Shown: positions 41,220 to 51,228, counted from the stretch's first letter. The stretch is 64,000 bases of DNA from Phycisphaerae bacterium (GCA_050115495.1 JASFQK010000004.1:32001-96000), one strand, 5' to 3'. Numbers and translations are program-made. Notes: generated from the sequence alone by a model not told the origin.

Positions 41220-44090
41220 TCACACCAGCGCGTCTGCCACCAGTTCGATCAGATGCCGCGGGCGGGCGTCGGTGTGGTGGGCGATGTGCTCGCGGCAACT
41301 GAAGCCGGCGACGGCGATGTCGGCGTCGCCGCGGGCGCGGACCGCCGGGAAGAGGCGCTGTTCGCCGATGGCGCGGGCGATTTCGTAATGGCCGGTTTCG
41401 TGGCCGAAGGAGCCGGCCATGCCGCAACAGCCGCTGTTGATTTCATTGGCGCCGCCGGCGGTGCAGGCGTTCAACACGCGCAGCGCCGCAGCGGTGCCGG
41501 TGAGCGCCTTCTGGTGGCAATGTCCGTGGAATAGCACTGGGCGAGCGCCCGGCCGAAACCGCAACGCGTCCGGCCGCTCGGCCAGCACGTCGGCGATGTA
41601 CGCCTCGATATTCCGCACGCTGGCGGCGACTTGTCGCGCCGCCGGCGTGCGGACGAATTGCGGCAACTCGTCCAGCAGCACGGACACGCAGCTCGGCTCG
41701 GTGCCGACGATCGGCACGCCTCGCTCGGCGTATGGCCCCAGCACGCGGACGTTCTCCTCCGCCAACGCGCGGGCCTCGTCGAGCAGCCCCTTGCTGATCA
41801 GCGGCCGGCCGCAGCACACCGTCGGCGGTACGAGCACCTCGTTGCCCAACGCCTCCAGCACCTTCACCGCCGCCATGCCCACCTGCGGCAGGTAGTAATT
41901 CGTCCACGTGTCGACGAAGTACACGACCGGCGGTCGCGGCGACCCGCCCGTGTCCGCTCTTGGCCGGCGCTTGAACCACTGCCGAAACGTCTGCCGGGCG
42001 AACGCCGGTGGCGGGATCCGCCGGTCCAGCCCGAACCAGTGCTCCAGAAACGCCCGCGCCACCGGCGAGCGCATCAGCCAGTTGCTCAGCGGGGCGAACC
42101 GGCTGCCCCAGGCCGCCAGCCGAATCGTGCTGGCGATGAGACGGCTGCGGCGGGGGACGCCCTCTCGCCGATTGCGGGCGTGGAGCCATTCGGTCTTGAG
42201 CCGGGCGACGTCGGTGCCGGTCGGGCACTCGGTCCGGCACGCCTTGCAGCTCAAGCAGAGATCGAACACGTCGTCGAGGGCCGGGTCGGCGAGGCCGTCG
42301 AGCAGCCCGCGGTTGGACAGGGCGACGCGCAGGGCGTTGGCCCGTGCCCGCGTCGTGTGCGTCTCGTCGCCGGTGGCCATGTACGACGGGCACATCGTGC
42401 CGACCAGTCGCTGCCGGCAATTGCCGACACCGGTGCACATGCCGGCCAAGCCGGCCATCCCGCCGAACGCATCGAAGTCGAGCGCCGTCTGCGGCTGCTG
42501 CGTCGCGAAGCCCTCGCCGAAGCGGAGGTTCTCGTCGATGGGCAGCGGGTCGACGATCTTGCCGGGGTTGAGGATCCCGTCGGGGTCGAAGGTCTGCTTG
42601 ATCCTGCGGAACGCCGCGATGAGCCGCGGGCCGTAGAGCTTCTCCAGCCAGCCGGAGCGGATGATGCCGTCGCCGTGCTCGGCGGTCATCGTCCCGCCGA
42701 ACTCGAGCACGAGCGAGCTGACGCGGTTGCCGATGCGGCGGAGGCGGGCGATGTCCTCGCGTTTCTTGAGGTTGAGCACGGGACGGACGTGCAGGCAGCC
42801 GACGCTGGCGTGGGCGTAGTAGCCGGTCTGCGAGACGCCCTCCTCGGCGAGCACCTCGCCGAGTCGGCGGATGTAGTCGTGCAGGCGGGCGGGGGCGACC
42901 GCGGTGTCCTCGATGAAGGCGTACGGCTGCTCGTCGCCGGGGCGGGACATGAGCAGGCCGAGGCCGGCTTTGCGCAACTCCCAGACGTCGGCCTGGGCGG
43001 CGGGCTCGGTGAGGATCGGCCAGGCGTAGCCGATGCCGCGGCTGCGCAGGTCGGCGGCGAGGTCGTTCAGGCGGCGTTCGAGCGTCGGCATATCGTCGCT
43101 GAAGAACTCGACCGCGAGGAACGCCTCGGGTTCACCGACGAGGAACCGCCGACGGCGGGCCATGGCCGGGTTTGTGCAGGAGGCGTCGAGGATGAGGCGG
43201 TCGACGAGTTCCACGCCGGCGGGTTGATGTTCGAGGATGTGCGGCACGGAGGCGAGGGCGGGCAGTACGCCGTCGTAGTGCACGACGAGCAGGGCGCGGT
43301 GGTGGGGCAGGGGCGTCAGGGCGAGCGTGGCCCCGACGACGACGCCGAGCGTGCCTTCGCTGCCGCAAAGTACCGCCTCGGGGTTCAGTCGGCGGCCGTC
43401 GCGGTGGAGCCGGTCGAGCCCGTAGCCGCCATTGGAGCGCAGCACGCGCGGATAGCGCGCCGTGATCTCGTCGCCGCAGTTGCGGAGGATGTCCGCCAGA
43501 CACGCCTCGCCGGCGGCGGCGAGTGGGTTGTCGCTTGGCGGGGTGTCCGGGCCCCAGGTACAGAGCGACCCGTCGCTGAGCACGACGTCGACGCTGTGCA
43601 CGTGGTTGACCGTGCGGCCGACGACGAGCGAGTGGGCCCCGCACGAGTTGTTGGCGATCATGCCGCCGATCGTGGCCCGGCTGCTGGTGGCGACGTCGGG
43701 GGCGAAGTGCAGGTCGTGGCGGGCCAGGACGGCGTTGAGCTCATCCAGCACGACGCCGGGCTCGACGCGGGCGAAGCGTCCCGCCGGATCGACGTGCACG
43801 ATGCAGTTCAGGTGGCGGGCGCAGTCGAGGATGATGCCGCGGTTGACGGCGCCGCCGGTGAGGCCGGTGCCGGCGCCACGGGCGGTGAGCGGTACGCCGT
43901 GCTGGCGGCAGGCGCGGACCGTGGCGGCGACGTCGTCCACGCTGGCGGGCAGGACGACGGCGTCGGGCAGGATTTCGTAGATGCTGGCGTCGGTGGCGTA
44001 GAGCGTGCGGGACAGGCGGTCCGCGCGCACCTCGCCGCGGAGCGTCTGCGGCAGCGTGGCGAGCAGTTTGGCGGTCTCGTTGGCGGGCAT
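41220..44090 (-). CDS. FAD-linked oxidase fused to 4Fe-4S/CCG domains (GlcD/GlcF, YdiJ-like)
   Basis: YATDASIY, RGAGTGLTG, GSEGTLG, AEHGDG, CLSCKAC..ECP, CCGR, CCGMAGSFG. Confidence 0.93.
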   Translation of the reverse strand: MPANETAKLLATLPQTLRGEVRADRLSRTLYATDASIYEILPDAVVLPASVDDVAATVRACRQHGVPLTARGAGTGLTGGAVNRGIILDCARHLNCIVHVDPAGRFARVEPGVVLDELNAVLARHDLHFAPDVATSSRATIGGMIANNSCGAHSLVVGRTVNHVHSVDVVLSDGSLCTWGPDTPPSDNPLAAAGEACLADILRNCGDEITARYPRVLRSNGGYGLDRLHRDGRRLNPEAVLCGSEGTLGVVVGATLALTPLPHHRALLVVHYDGVLPALASVPHILEHQPAGVELVDRLILDASCTNPAMARRRRFLVGEPEAFLAVEFFSDDMPTLERRLNDLAADLRSRGIGYAWPILTEPAAQADVWELRKAGLGLLMSRPGDEQPYAFIEDTAVAPARLHDYIRRLGEVLAEEGVSQTGYYAHASVGCLHVRPVLNLKKREDIARLRRIGNRVSSLVLEFGGTMTAEHGDGIIRSGWLEKLYGPRLIAAFRRIKQTFDPDGILNPGKIVDPLPIDENLRFGEGFATQQPQTALDFDAFGGMAGLAGMCTGVGNCRQRLVGTMCPSYMATGDETHTTRARANALRVALSNRGLLDGLADPALDDVFDLCLSCKACRTECPTGTDVARLKTEWLHARNRREGVPRRSRLIASTIRLAAWGSRFAPLSNWLMRSPVARAFLEHWFGLDRRIPPPAFARQTFRQWFKRRPRADTGGSPRPPVVYFVDTWTNYYLPQVGMAAVKVLEALGNEVLVPPTVCCGRPLISKGLLDEARALAEENVRVLGPYAERGVPIVGTEPSCVSVLLDELPQFVRTPAARQVAASVRNIEAYIADVLAERPDALRFRPGARPVLFHGHCHQKALTGTAAALRVLNACTAGGANEINSGCCGMAGSFGHETGHYEIARAIGEQRLFPAVRARGDADIAVAGFSCREHIAHHTDARPRHLIELVADALV

Positions 44091-44207
44091 CGTTGCTCTT
44101 ACATCAACCGCCGGCCCGCACCGCGGACCGTGCTACTGCCAGCGTATCACGCCACCGCGCGTCTCGCGAGCGCGTAGCGTCCGGGTTCCGTGCCGGCCGT
44201 CTTGCGC

Positions 44208-44478
44208 GAGCCATCAGCCATCAGCCATCAGCCACCAGCTCCAACCTTGAGCCTTGAGCCGGAGTGTGGCATGCTGAAGCCTTAGGCGCCGGCATGTCTT
44301 CCTCCTCGCACAGGCACGTTCGCGCCTACTCATGCCCGCGCCTTAGAGCTTGGGCATGCCGCACCCACACTGGTGGGCAAGCCACCAGTGGCACCCAGCG
44401 TCTCGCAGCGCGTCGTACTGATTCCTCTTCAGTCCCGAAGGGACGACTGAATACAGCCCAGCAGGAACTGCTGGGATC
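44208..44478. repeat. Cluster of REP-like elements and short tandem repeats
   Basis: (AGCCATC)n, (CCTTGAG)2, RAYT-type REP doublet 44261-44298 / 44331-44364, CACTGGTGGGCAAGCCACCAGTGGCACCC, GTCCCGAAGGGAC...CCCAGCAG..CTGCTGGG. Confidence 0.8.
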
Positions 44479-44614
44479 CGCGGCCACCCCTCATTCACCA
44501 AGCCCCGGACGGGCGGCAGAACGACCCCGCGCCATCCACCGCTCGTCCCCGCGCAAACGCGAAATCCCCCCTCTACTCTCCACTCTCTCCTGCTCAACTC
44601 TCTCGCGCAGCGCC

Positions 44615-45061
44615 TTATCCGCCGCCGCCCTGGTTGAACACGTACAGCACGATGTGGTTCTCGTGCTCCTCGTGGCGTTCAACCCAGCTCAACAGCGTCT
44701 CGATCCGCCGGCAGCAATCGCGCAACAGGAGGTTGTCGTCGGGCGAGAGCTGGTGCACGGCGTGGTGAATGCTGTCGATGAGGCGAACGAGCTCGGTGTG
44801 CTCGTGCGTGAGCAGCTCGACCTGTTTGGCGAGGTCCGGCCGCGCCTGCAACACCGGCTGCAGATAGCCGCCCTCTTCCATGCGGCTCATCCGCTGCCGG
44901 ACGCAGGCGGTGAAGCCGTCGAACTGCTCGCGGAGCTCGCTGAGCCACGTCCGGCGGTCGCCGCGTGGCAGGTGGGCCACGGTGCCTCGCAGCTCGTCGG
45001 CGTGTTCCTGGGAGTGGTTATGCTCATCCCGCAGCCACCTGACGATGTCCGTCGTCGCCAT
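44615..45061 (-). CDS. Hemerythrin-like domain protein
   Basis: DEH, MEEGGYL, HEH and HEEHEN motifs. Confidence 0.75.
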   Translation of the reverse strand: MATTDIVRWLRDEHNHSQEHADELRGTVAHLPRGDRRTWLSELREQFDGFTACVRQRMSRMEEGGYLQPVLQARPDLAKQVELLTHEHTELVRLIDSIHHAVHQLSPDDNLLLRDCCRRIETLLSWVERHEEHENHIVLYVFNQGGGG

Positions 45062-45305
45062 GGCGTATACCTCCGTCGCTGGCGGGCGGCGCGGAGCCGG
45101 GACGACCCGGCGGGAAAGGCTGGATCAGGCCGGCCGGCCCGCAAAGCCGAGGGCCGCCCCTCATCAGACGGTCGGGATGCGCTCCGGAAGGACCACGCCG
45201 CCGCTGCGCGAGAGGTGACCGGGCCCATTATCCGGCGGCCCCGCCGGCGTGCAAGACGAATCTCCAGCCGGGGGCGCCTTCCGGGCATTGCGAAGGCACG
45301 CGGTC

Positions 45306-45443
45306 ACCAGCCGCTGAGCCACGCCGCTTCAGAGGCGTTTCCCGCCGGAGGCGGGCTGATGGGCTGGCCCTTTGAGGGCTGGTTATCTGCGTCGCATGAT
45401 TTCCCCTATTCCCCCTCCGGATTTCACCCCGTTTCAACGGGGT
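45306..45443 (-). repeat. Composite palindromic repeat, copy B
   Basis: Reverse complement matches 39136-39286 (41-nt core with 1 mismatch plus the ACCCCGTTGAAACGGGGT palindrome). Confidence 0.8.
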
Positions 45444-46174
45444 TCCCCGCCGCACCGGGACGGTGCCGATGGAACGTGATTGCACCTCTGCTCGTCGGCG
45501 GGAGGCTCGCCCGGCTTGCATGGTCCACTGAACGCCGTGCCGCACTCCGGGCAGATCGCGGTCGGCAGACCTTGCCGCGGATAGCCGCATTCGGCACAGA
45601 CGGCGTCATTCTGGCGATCTCGCCGCCAGATCACGGTTCCACACGACAGACACCGCCAGGATGTGCCAAACCCCGGCCAGCCGAAGAGCAGCAGCTCATT
45701 GCCGATCAGCCGCAGGGTGCTCCGCAGGCTCCGCGATCGGCGTACGTCGGCCAGCCCGGCACAGCACGGGCAGTGCAGCACCGTACGCTCCCGCCAGGAG
45801 CGGAACAGGCGATACGCGAGAAGCACGATCGCCAGAAACAGCATGGGTACCAGGAAAGGCATCGTGACCGCATGCGCAGGAGGCGCACGCATCGCGTAGT
45901 ACTGCGGCCAGAAGGCCAATACCTCCCATCCGACGCGAGCACCTCGCTCGCGGTAGCTGAGCCAGAACCCATATGGGTAGCTCATGCTTGGCACGACATG
46001 CGCGAAGACCATGCCATCTTCCAAGTCGACCATGCCCAGCGGGCAACTTGCACAGAATGATCCCCGATAGGCGAAGAAGGGCACGTAAAGGAGTGCGCCC
46101 ACCAGCAGCAGGATCAAGCCCGGGCTGCGCAGTGTTCGCCAGAATGCGGCGAGGAACCTCGACTTCTTTCGCAT
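45434..46174 (-). CDS. Membrane protein with C-terminal zinc ribbon(s)
   Basis: Start MRKKSRF; TMs; CPCC..., CLSCG and CAECGYPRQGLPTAICPECG. Confidence 0.75.
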   Translation of the reverse strand: MRKKSRFLAAFWRTLRSPGLILLLVGALLYVPFFAYRGSFCASCPLGMVDLEDGMVFAHVVPSMSYPYGFWLSYRERGARVGWEVLAFWPQYYAMRAPPAHAVTMPFLVPMLFLAIVLLAYRLFRSWRERTVLHCPCCAGLADVRRSRSLRSTLRLIGNELLLFGWPGFGTSWRCLSCGTVIWRRDRQNDAVCAECGYPRQGLPTAICPECGTAFSGPCKPGEPPADEQRCNHVPSAPSRCGGEPR

Positions 46175-46329
46175 GGCGTTACTCCGCCGGGCACTCCAGG
46201 GCGATGCCGCCGTCCACTGTTGCCCAGGGCGGGGCGGCATCGGCGGGACCGGTGGCGGCGTTCGTCGTGCAGTCCAGTGAGGCGACCACGCACTGCGCTT
46301 CGGTATCGACGCCTGTTGTCGCGCTCACA

Positions 46330-46614
46330 CTATATTGCCCTCCCGCACTCGGGGCAGCGCGGGACCGTAAGACCTCGCAGCAGGTACCCGCAGCCGCTGC
46401 AATACGGGCCGACACGTACCCAGCGGGCGGTCAACACGTCGTGCACGCTGACGCAGACCAGGAACGGCACGACCATCGCCCCGAAGATGTACATTAGTCC
46501 GTTCAGGGGCCCTCTCGATCCAAGCCCGATACGAGCTAGCAAGATACACGTCAGCAAACCGGCCGCCATGCTGACGAGGGCGCTCACGCGGTGCCGTGTC
46601 CGTAGTGCCTTCAT
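46330..46614 (-). CDS. Small membrane protein with C-terminal zinc ribbon
   Basis: GGAGG RBS; two TMs; CSGCGYLLRGLTVPRCPECG. Confidence 0.8.
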   Translation of the reverse strand: MKALRTRHRVSALVSMAAGLLTCILLARIGLGSRGPLNGLMYIFGAMVVPFLVCVSVHDVLTARWVRVGPYCSGCGYLLRGLTVPRCPECGRAI

Positions 46615-46686
46615 GTGCACGTCCTCCAAGGCCGCCGGATCGAGGCGCGTCGCAGGGGTTGCAGTGCCTGCGAACGCCGCCGAGTC

Positions 46687-47211
46687 CTACAGCGGCGTGC
46701 CGCAATTCGGGCACGCGGCCTTTTCCAGGTGTCGAAGCGCCGCCCCGCATCGCTCGCAGCGTGGCAGGATGCGACCGCCCCAGACCAGTGCGTCGTGCGC
46801 GACCAGGGCCATTGCCATGGACACGATCAGCCCTGTTACCGCGCCCGCATACACGACGACTCCTTCCACGTTCATGGCCCAATCGGGCGGCGGAGTGGGT
46901 TGCCAACGGAAGCACCCCCAGCCTTCGCGCTGTGCCCGGGCGACGGCCGCGCCCTCAGCACCGAGGCGGTCACAGATGGCGTAGAAGGAATCCCACGCGG
47001 ATCGCTCTACAGCGCCGGTCGCGGTCATGATCGTCACGAGGCACGCGATCCCAGCGCCCGTGCCGATCGCGATACCGATCAGTCTCCGCCTGGCCGTGGC
47101 AGGTCTGCGCGGCCGTGCGAACGCGCTCGTGTCTTTCTCCGCCGTGTGGCCGCCGTCGGGAGGCGTCACAGCCGCCGGCTCGTTGGCGTGCCCCGAACCG
47201 TCAGACGCCAT
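46687..47211 (-). CDS. Membrane protein with C-terminal zinc ribbon
   Basis: Two TMs; CERCGAALRHLEKAACPNCG. Confidence 0.75.
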   Translation of the reverse strand: MASDGSGHANEPAAVTPPDGGHTAEKDTSAFARPRRPATARRRLIGIAIGTGAGIACLVTIMTATGAVERSAWDSFYAICDRLGAEGAAVARAQREGWGCFRWQPTPPPDWAMNVEGVVVYAGAVTGLIVSMAMALVAHDALVWGGRILPRCERCGAALRHLEKAACPNCGTPL

Positions 47212-47500
47212 GTGCCTCTCCCTCGCTCTCTGCGGGTTTTCGCTGCGAGCCGTCCAGGGCCCACAGCGCGGTCGCCGGGATCGCCGCGCCGGCGGCGACA
47301 ACCCACAGCGACAGCAACTCCTCGCTTACGGCGCAGGGGCCGTGCGCATGCACGCGCCAGATGCCGCCTGATTCGAACGCGTACCACGTCGAGCCGCTTC
47401 GCCCCCAGTAGATGGGCACGAGGAAGCTGAGTAGGATCAGGGCGCCGGCGGCCAGGAAGCAGCCCGTCACGGCGTACTTGGCCAAACGCAGGACGGTCAT
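47201..47500 (-). CDS. Small two-TM protein (array member without ribbon)
   Basis: MTVLRLAKY...SLWVVAAGAAIPATALWALD; overlaps both neighbours. Confidence 0.6.
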   Translation of the reverse strand: MTVLRLAKYAVTGCFLAAGALILLSFLVPIYWGRSGSTWYAFESGGIWRVHAHGPCAVSEELLSLWVVAAGAAIPATALWALDGSQRKPAESEGEAHGV

Positions 47501-48348
47501 GGCGCGGCTCCTGTCTTCGGCGGGGTGGTTTCGGGCTGAGCGGGTTGCGGCGACACCGGCTGGCCCCCAAGCAATACGACGAACTCGGACGCCGGCACAT
47601 CGCTCCAGGACGCGTACGGCAACCGAACGCCCGGAGTCCCAGGCGCGGCAGGAGCCCCAATACGCACGGCGAATCCGTGAAACCAACCACTTGCCGAGAT
47701 GTGTATCATCCCCTTGGAGGGTCGCTCCGCGGCGTAGGCTTCCACGTCAAGTGTCGTCGCCTCGCCCGCGCCCACAACACGCACCCCCGTGCCAAGTAGC
47801 GGGCCGGGCGCCACCTCCAGCCAGACCTCCGGCGGGTCGCCAAAGCGAAGCGGATCCCAGTAGCTTACCGCGCGTGGAGGGAAACGTAGCGGTGGAATGA
47901 CTACCGGCGCATCGCCATGGTTGGTTACCACCAGGCGCAAGTGAATGTAGCTGTCGGCGTATGTGACCGGCGTCTCCAGACGAACACTCGTGCTCGCGAG
48001 ATTGTCAGACCATAGACTCGTTCCACAGGATTGGGGGAAGGGATAATAGAGCGAGAGCTTCCGCGTGAGCTTTTCATCCCACCAGAGCTGGATCGCCAGC
48101 CGCAGGAGCGTCGGGGACGTGAGGATCGCGCCCGAGTCCAGCGGCCCGATGCCAGGCCGTCCGTCGAGCGTGCGGATGCCCCTCCACACCCACGCCCCCA
48201 GCCCACACGTGACCCCGATTACGGTGAGGCCGGCGCACCAGCACAGCACACGCCGCCACAGCCTGCCACGGCGCCGATGGACGGACGCGTACTCCAGCGG
48301 CTCGATCAACGGCTGGTCCTCGCCCGTGACGCCGGTGCCGCTCGTCAT
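47497..48348 (-). CDS. Hypothetical single-pass membrane protein
   Basis: Start MTSGTG; PLEYAS-RRR-TM N-terminus; tightly packed with neighbours. Confidence 0.6.
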   Translation of the reverse strand: MTSGTGVTGEDQPLIEPLEYASVHRRRGRLWRRVLCWCAGLTVIGVTCGLGAWVWRGIRTLDGRPGIGPLDSGAILTSPTLLRLAIQLWWDEKLTRKLSLYYPFPQSCGTSLWSDNLASTSVRLETPVTYADSYIHLRLVVTNHGDAPVVIPPLRFPPRAVSYWDPLRFGDPPEVWLEVAPGPLLGTGVRVVGAGEATTLDVEAYAAERPSKGMIHISASGWFHGFAVRIGAPAAPGTPGVRLPYASWSDVPASEFVVLLGGQPVSPQPAQPETTPPKTGAAP

Positions 48349-48350
48349 CC

Positions 48351-48680
48351 TCAGATCCTCCGCCCGCACTCGGGGCAGCGGGGTTCGGCGACGCCGCGCA
48401 GCAGGTATCCGCAGTCCGGGCACGCCGGCTGTTCCACCGGCTTGCGGCGGGCGAGCAGGTGATAGACGGTTAGCGCCGTGATAAACGCCAGCGCCGGGGG
48501 TAGTGTGTCTTCCATGAGGCTCGTCAGAACATAGCCAAGTTGTGCGCGTCGTCCATCGTTCATGTAGATGAAGAGCACCCAGTAGAACGTCGCGGTCCAC
48601 ACCGCCATCGCCACGATGATGGCGATGCCCGCTCGCAGGAAGTATCTACTCGCATGTGTACGCAAGCCGCTGGCCTCCAT
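48351..48680 (-). CDS. Small membrane protein with C-terminal zinc ribbon
   Basis: Two TMs; CPDCGYLLRGVAEPRCPECG. Confidence 0.8.
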   Translation of the reverse strand: MEASGLRTHASRYFLRAGIAIIVAMAVWTATFYWVLFIYMNDGRRAQLGYVLTSLMEDTLPPALAFITALTVYHLLARRKPVEQPACPDCGYLLRGVAEPRCPECGRRI

Positions 48681-48726
48681 CAGGGGGACTGCTTGCCCCC
48701 GAACGCCACCTGGACAGCACAGTTAC

Positions 48727-49143
48727 TCACAGTCTCTGCCCGCATTTCGTGCACCGGGCTTCGGTGAGCCGTCGCAACAGGGCTCCGCAGTTGGCGCATT
48801 GCGGGGCGTTGCGGACCGGGCGAAGCACCAGATAGTCGTACAGCAGCAGGGTTACGCCCGTCGTGATGGCGATCAGGACATTCCTTCGCACCCAACCTTC
48901 GACCCACCACCGCCACAACCAAGCTCTCGTCGTGCCGGTCGCGGAGCCAGTCTTCAGAGCATGCCGGGCATCGGCGGCCCCGGGCATCTCCAGGGCCTCA
49001 CCTGCCGCGTACACAAGGTCAACCCCTGGGCTCCAGGCGATGGAGTACGCCTGCGTGAACAGCAGGCCGTGCAGAACAGTCGCCACCACAACGCAGACGG
49101 CCCCGTACGCCAGAATCGTCCACCGTCTGCCGGTTGAGCGCAT
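48727..49143 (-). CDS. Membrane protein with C-terminal zinc ribbon
   Basis: AAGGAG RBS; two TMs; CANCGALLRRLTEARCTKCG. Confidence 0.78.
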   Translation of the reverse strand: MRSTGRRWTILAYGAVCVVVATVLHGLLFTQAYSIAWSPGVDLVYAAGEALEMPGAADARHALKTGSATGTTRAWLWRWWVEGWVRRNVLIAITTGVTLLLYDYLVLRPVRNAPQCANCGALLRRLTEARCTKCGQRL

Positions 49144-49359
49144 CTACCGCTCCTTCCGCGTGAGACGCGGGCCGCCGGCCTCGCGGGCCGAGATCGTCAT
49201 CGAATGGAACATCGTCCCCGGCATCCGCAATACCCCTGTCGGAAGCCTGCCCATCACGGGCCCCAAACCTGTTAGGTGCAGTATCGTCCACCGGCAGGCC
49301 CGCGGTCAAGCCGCAGGAAACCCGGCGGGATCGCCGACGCGTCAGACCGGGTCAACGTG

Positions 49360-50400
49360 TCAGCCTTCCTTGGCGTCGCCGACCGCGAACTGGCGCCCGC
49401 ACTCCGGGCAGCGGTGGCCGTGACTCGGTAGGCCGCGAAGGCTGTAGCCGCACTGTGGGCAGACGGGATTGGACGGGTCGATGGCTGCCTTGTAGCGCAA
49501 CACGAAGATGAAGAACCACAGGGCGACTGCCGGCGCACACAGCCCGTCGACAAACAACTGCACGGTTTCAGCCCCGGGCCCTCCCTGAAGAGCAACGGTG
49601 CCGCCGTACCAGCAGACGATCTCCGGCACCGCGACTGCGCTCGTGGCACAGACTAGGGCGAACGCCGCCGCCGGAATGCGCCTGGCTCGCCCAAGAATGA
49701 GGCCTACCCCGGCCCCCAGACAGATCAGCGGCAACAGCGGCCTCGTGATGTACCATAACGCCCACTTCCAATCCATGCCCCAGTCCACGTTGCACGCGTA
49801 GCCATGCTCACCTGGATCAAGGAACAACAGGCAGTACCAGAAGCTGCCGCAAGCACCGTAGATGACCAGCGTCCAGGCCACGACGACCATCGAGCGGGTC
49901 GGCCTGCACCGGCTGCGCCAAGCAGCCCACACGACGCAGGTCGGTATGGCGACTTCCGCCGTCCACACCAGCGCTACCCCGATACACACGAAGGTCGAAG
50001 GTGGATCAACCGCCCACTCATGAGTGGTAGAAGACAGCGATAGGATGGTCTCAGCGAGCATGACCCCGCAGACAAGTGTCACGGCCGCGAGCCACGCGGT
50101 AGGCCTGCGCCACAGCACCAGGCCGGCCAGCAGCGCAAGGACCCCCGTGGCCACAGAGCACAAGTACCGGGCTTCGTCGATGAGCGCCCATGTTCCGGTG
50201 CTGCCGTACCAGGATCCTGTGAGCGCCCGGTAGAGCGGTCCGTCGTTCCGACAGAGATCCAGCAACGCGCTGGCCGCGCCAAAGATGCCGACGACCAGCA
50301 GATAGCCGGTCACCAGGGCTGCGCGAGTCTCCCTGGTTCGGTCAGCCCAAAGGGGATGCCGGGCGACCGGGGGACCGTCTATCGCGACCGACGTTCGCAT
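49360..50400 (-). CDS. Polytopic membrane protein with C-terminal zinc ribbon
   Basis: About 8 TMs; CPQCGYSLRGLPSHGHRCPECG. Confidence 0.8.
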   Translation of the reverse strand: MRTSVAIDGPPVARHPLWADRTRETRAALVTGYLLVVGIFGAASALLDLCRNDGPLYRALTGSWYGSTGTWALIDEARYLCSVATGVLALLAGLVLWRRPTAWLAAVTLVCGVMLAETILSLSSTTHEWAVDPPSTFVCIGVALVWTAEVAIPTCVVWAAWRSRCRPTRSMVVVAWTLVIYGACGSFWYCLLFLDPGEHGYACNVDWGMDWKWALWYITRPLLPLICLGAGVGLILGRARRIPAAAFALVCATSAVAVPEIVCWYGGTVALQGGPGAETVQLFVDGLCAPAVALWFFIFVLRYKAAIDPSNPVCPQCGYSLRGLPSHGHRCPECGRQFAVGDAKEG

Positions 50401-50509
50401 TCGTTAGGCCTCGCTCTATCCCCGGTCAACCACGCACCGCCGCAGACCCAGTTGTTCTGCGCTTGGTGATCGGACGGCATATTCCGCCGAACCCCGCGCG
50501 GCGCCGGCG

Positions 50510-51172
50510 TTACTTGAACGGTGTCCCGCATTCCGGGCAGCGCTGCGCGGCCAGTCCGTGGCGCGGGTACCCGCAGACCACGCACAACGACGCTCGCCGG
50601 CGACGCCAGCGCCGCAGCAAACGCCAGGCGGGGCCGATCAACAGCAGTGCAGCGATGAACCCCAACACGCCCGCCGCGACCCGGGCGGGCACGGCGAATG
50701 CGGACGAGCCCCTTACTGTGATGATGCCGAGGTTGCGCAGACGCGTCCAAGCGCTGGGCGACCGCGCCAGGAGCTTCGTCGCGAGCAGGAAGAGGACTGT
50801 CCTCTCCTCCTCGTCTGCAACGGCACGTTCGGCCTTCAGAACACTACGCTCCGAGAGAAGCAACGCCTGTTTGGCGTCATACGCACCGTCGGCGGTCTCC
50901 TTCGGCTCGGGCAGACGGCGCAGCTCACGTTCGGTCCGCTGTTGAGCCTCCCATGGCCCCGAGCGCGTCGAGACGAACACCAACTCCCGCGCGGCGGTGT
51001 ACACGCGCACCTGCACCAGGGGAATGTCCCCGACCGTACTGAGCCGCATGTCTCGGCCCACCCACAGACACCACCCCGCGCCTGTCAGGCACAGCAACAC
51101 GCAGATAATACGCACTGCCGCCACCGCGGTTCGCAAGGGCCGTCGCCGTCGGTGCTGCATAGCGGTGCTCAA
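50510..51172 (-). CDS. Membrane protein with C-terminal zinc ribbon
   Basis: TM, RRWRRRRASLCVVCGYPRHGLAAQRCPECG. Start uncertain. Confidence 0.78.
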   Translation of the reverse strand: MSTAMQHRRRRPLRTAVAAVRIICVLLCLTGAGWCLWVGRDMRLSTVGDIPLVQVRVYTAARELVFVSTRSGPWEAQQRTERELRRLPEPKETADGAYDAKQALLLSERSVLKAERAVADEEERTVLFLLATKLLARSPSAWTRLRNLGIITVRGSSAFAVPARVAAGVLGFIAALLLIGPAWRLLRRWRRRRASLCVVCGYPRHGLAAQRCPECGTPFK

Positions 51173-51228
51173 CAGATGGGCAAAGGACGTACGCCTGAGT
51201 ATCTGCGACTACTTGTCGGCTCCCCCCT

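Noticed and set aside
46179..46329. Possible 49-codon ORF between array genes
   Set aside because: No RBS, TM or motif; cannot be supported.
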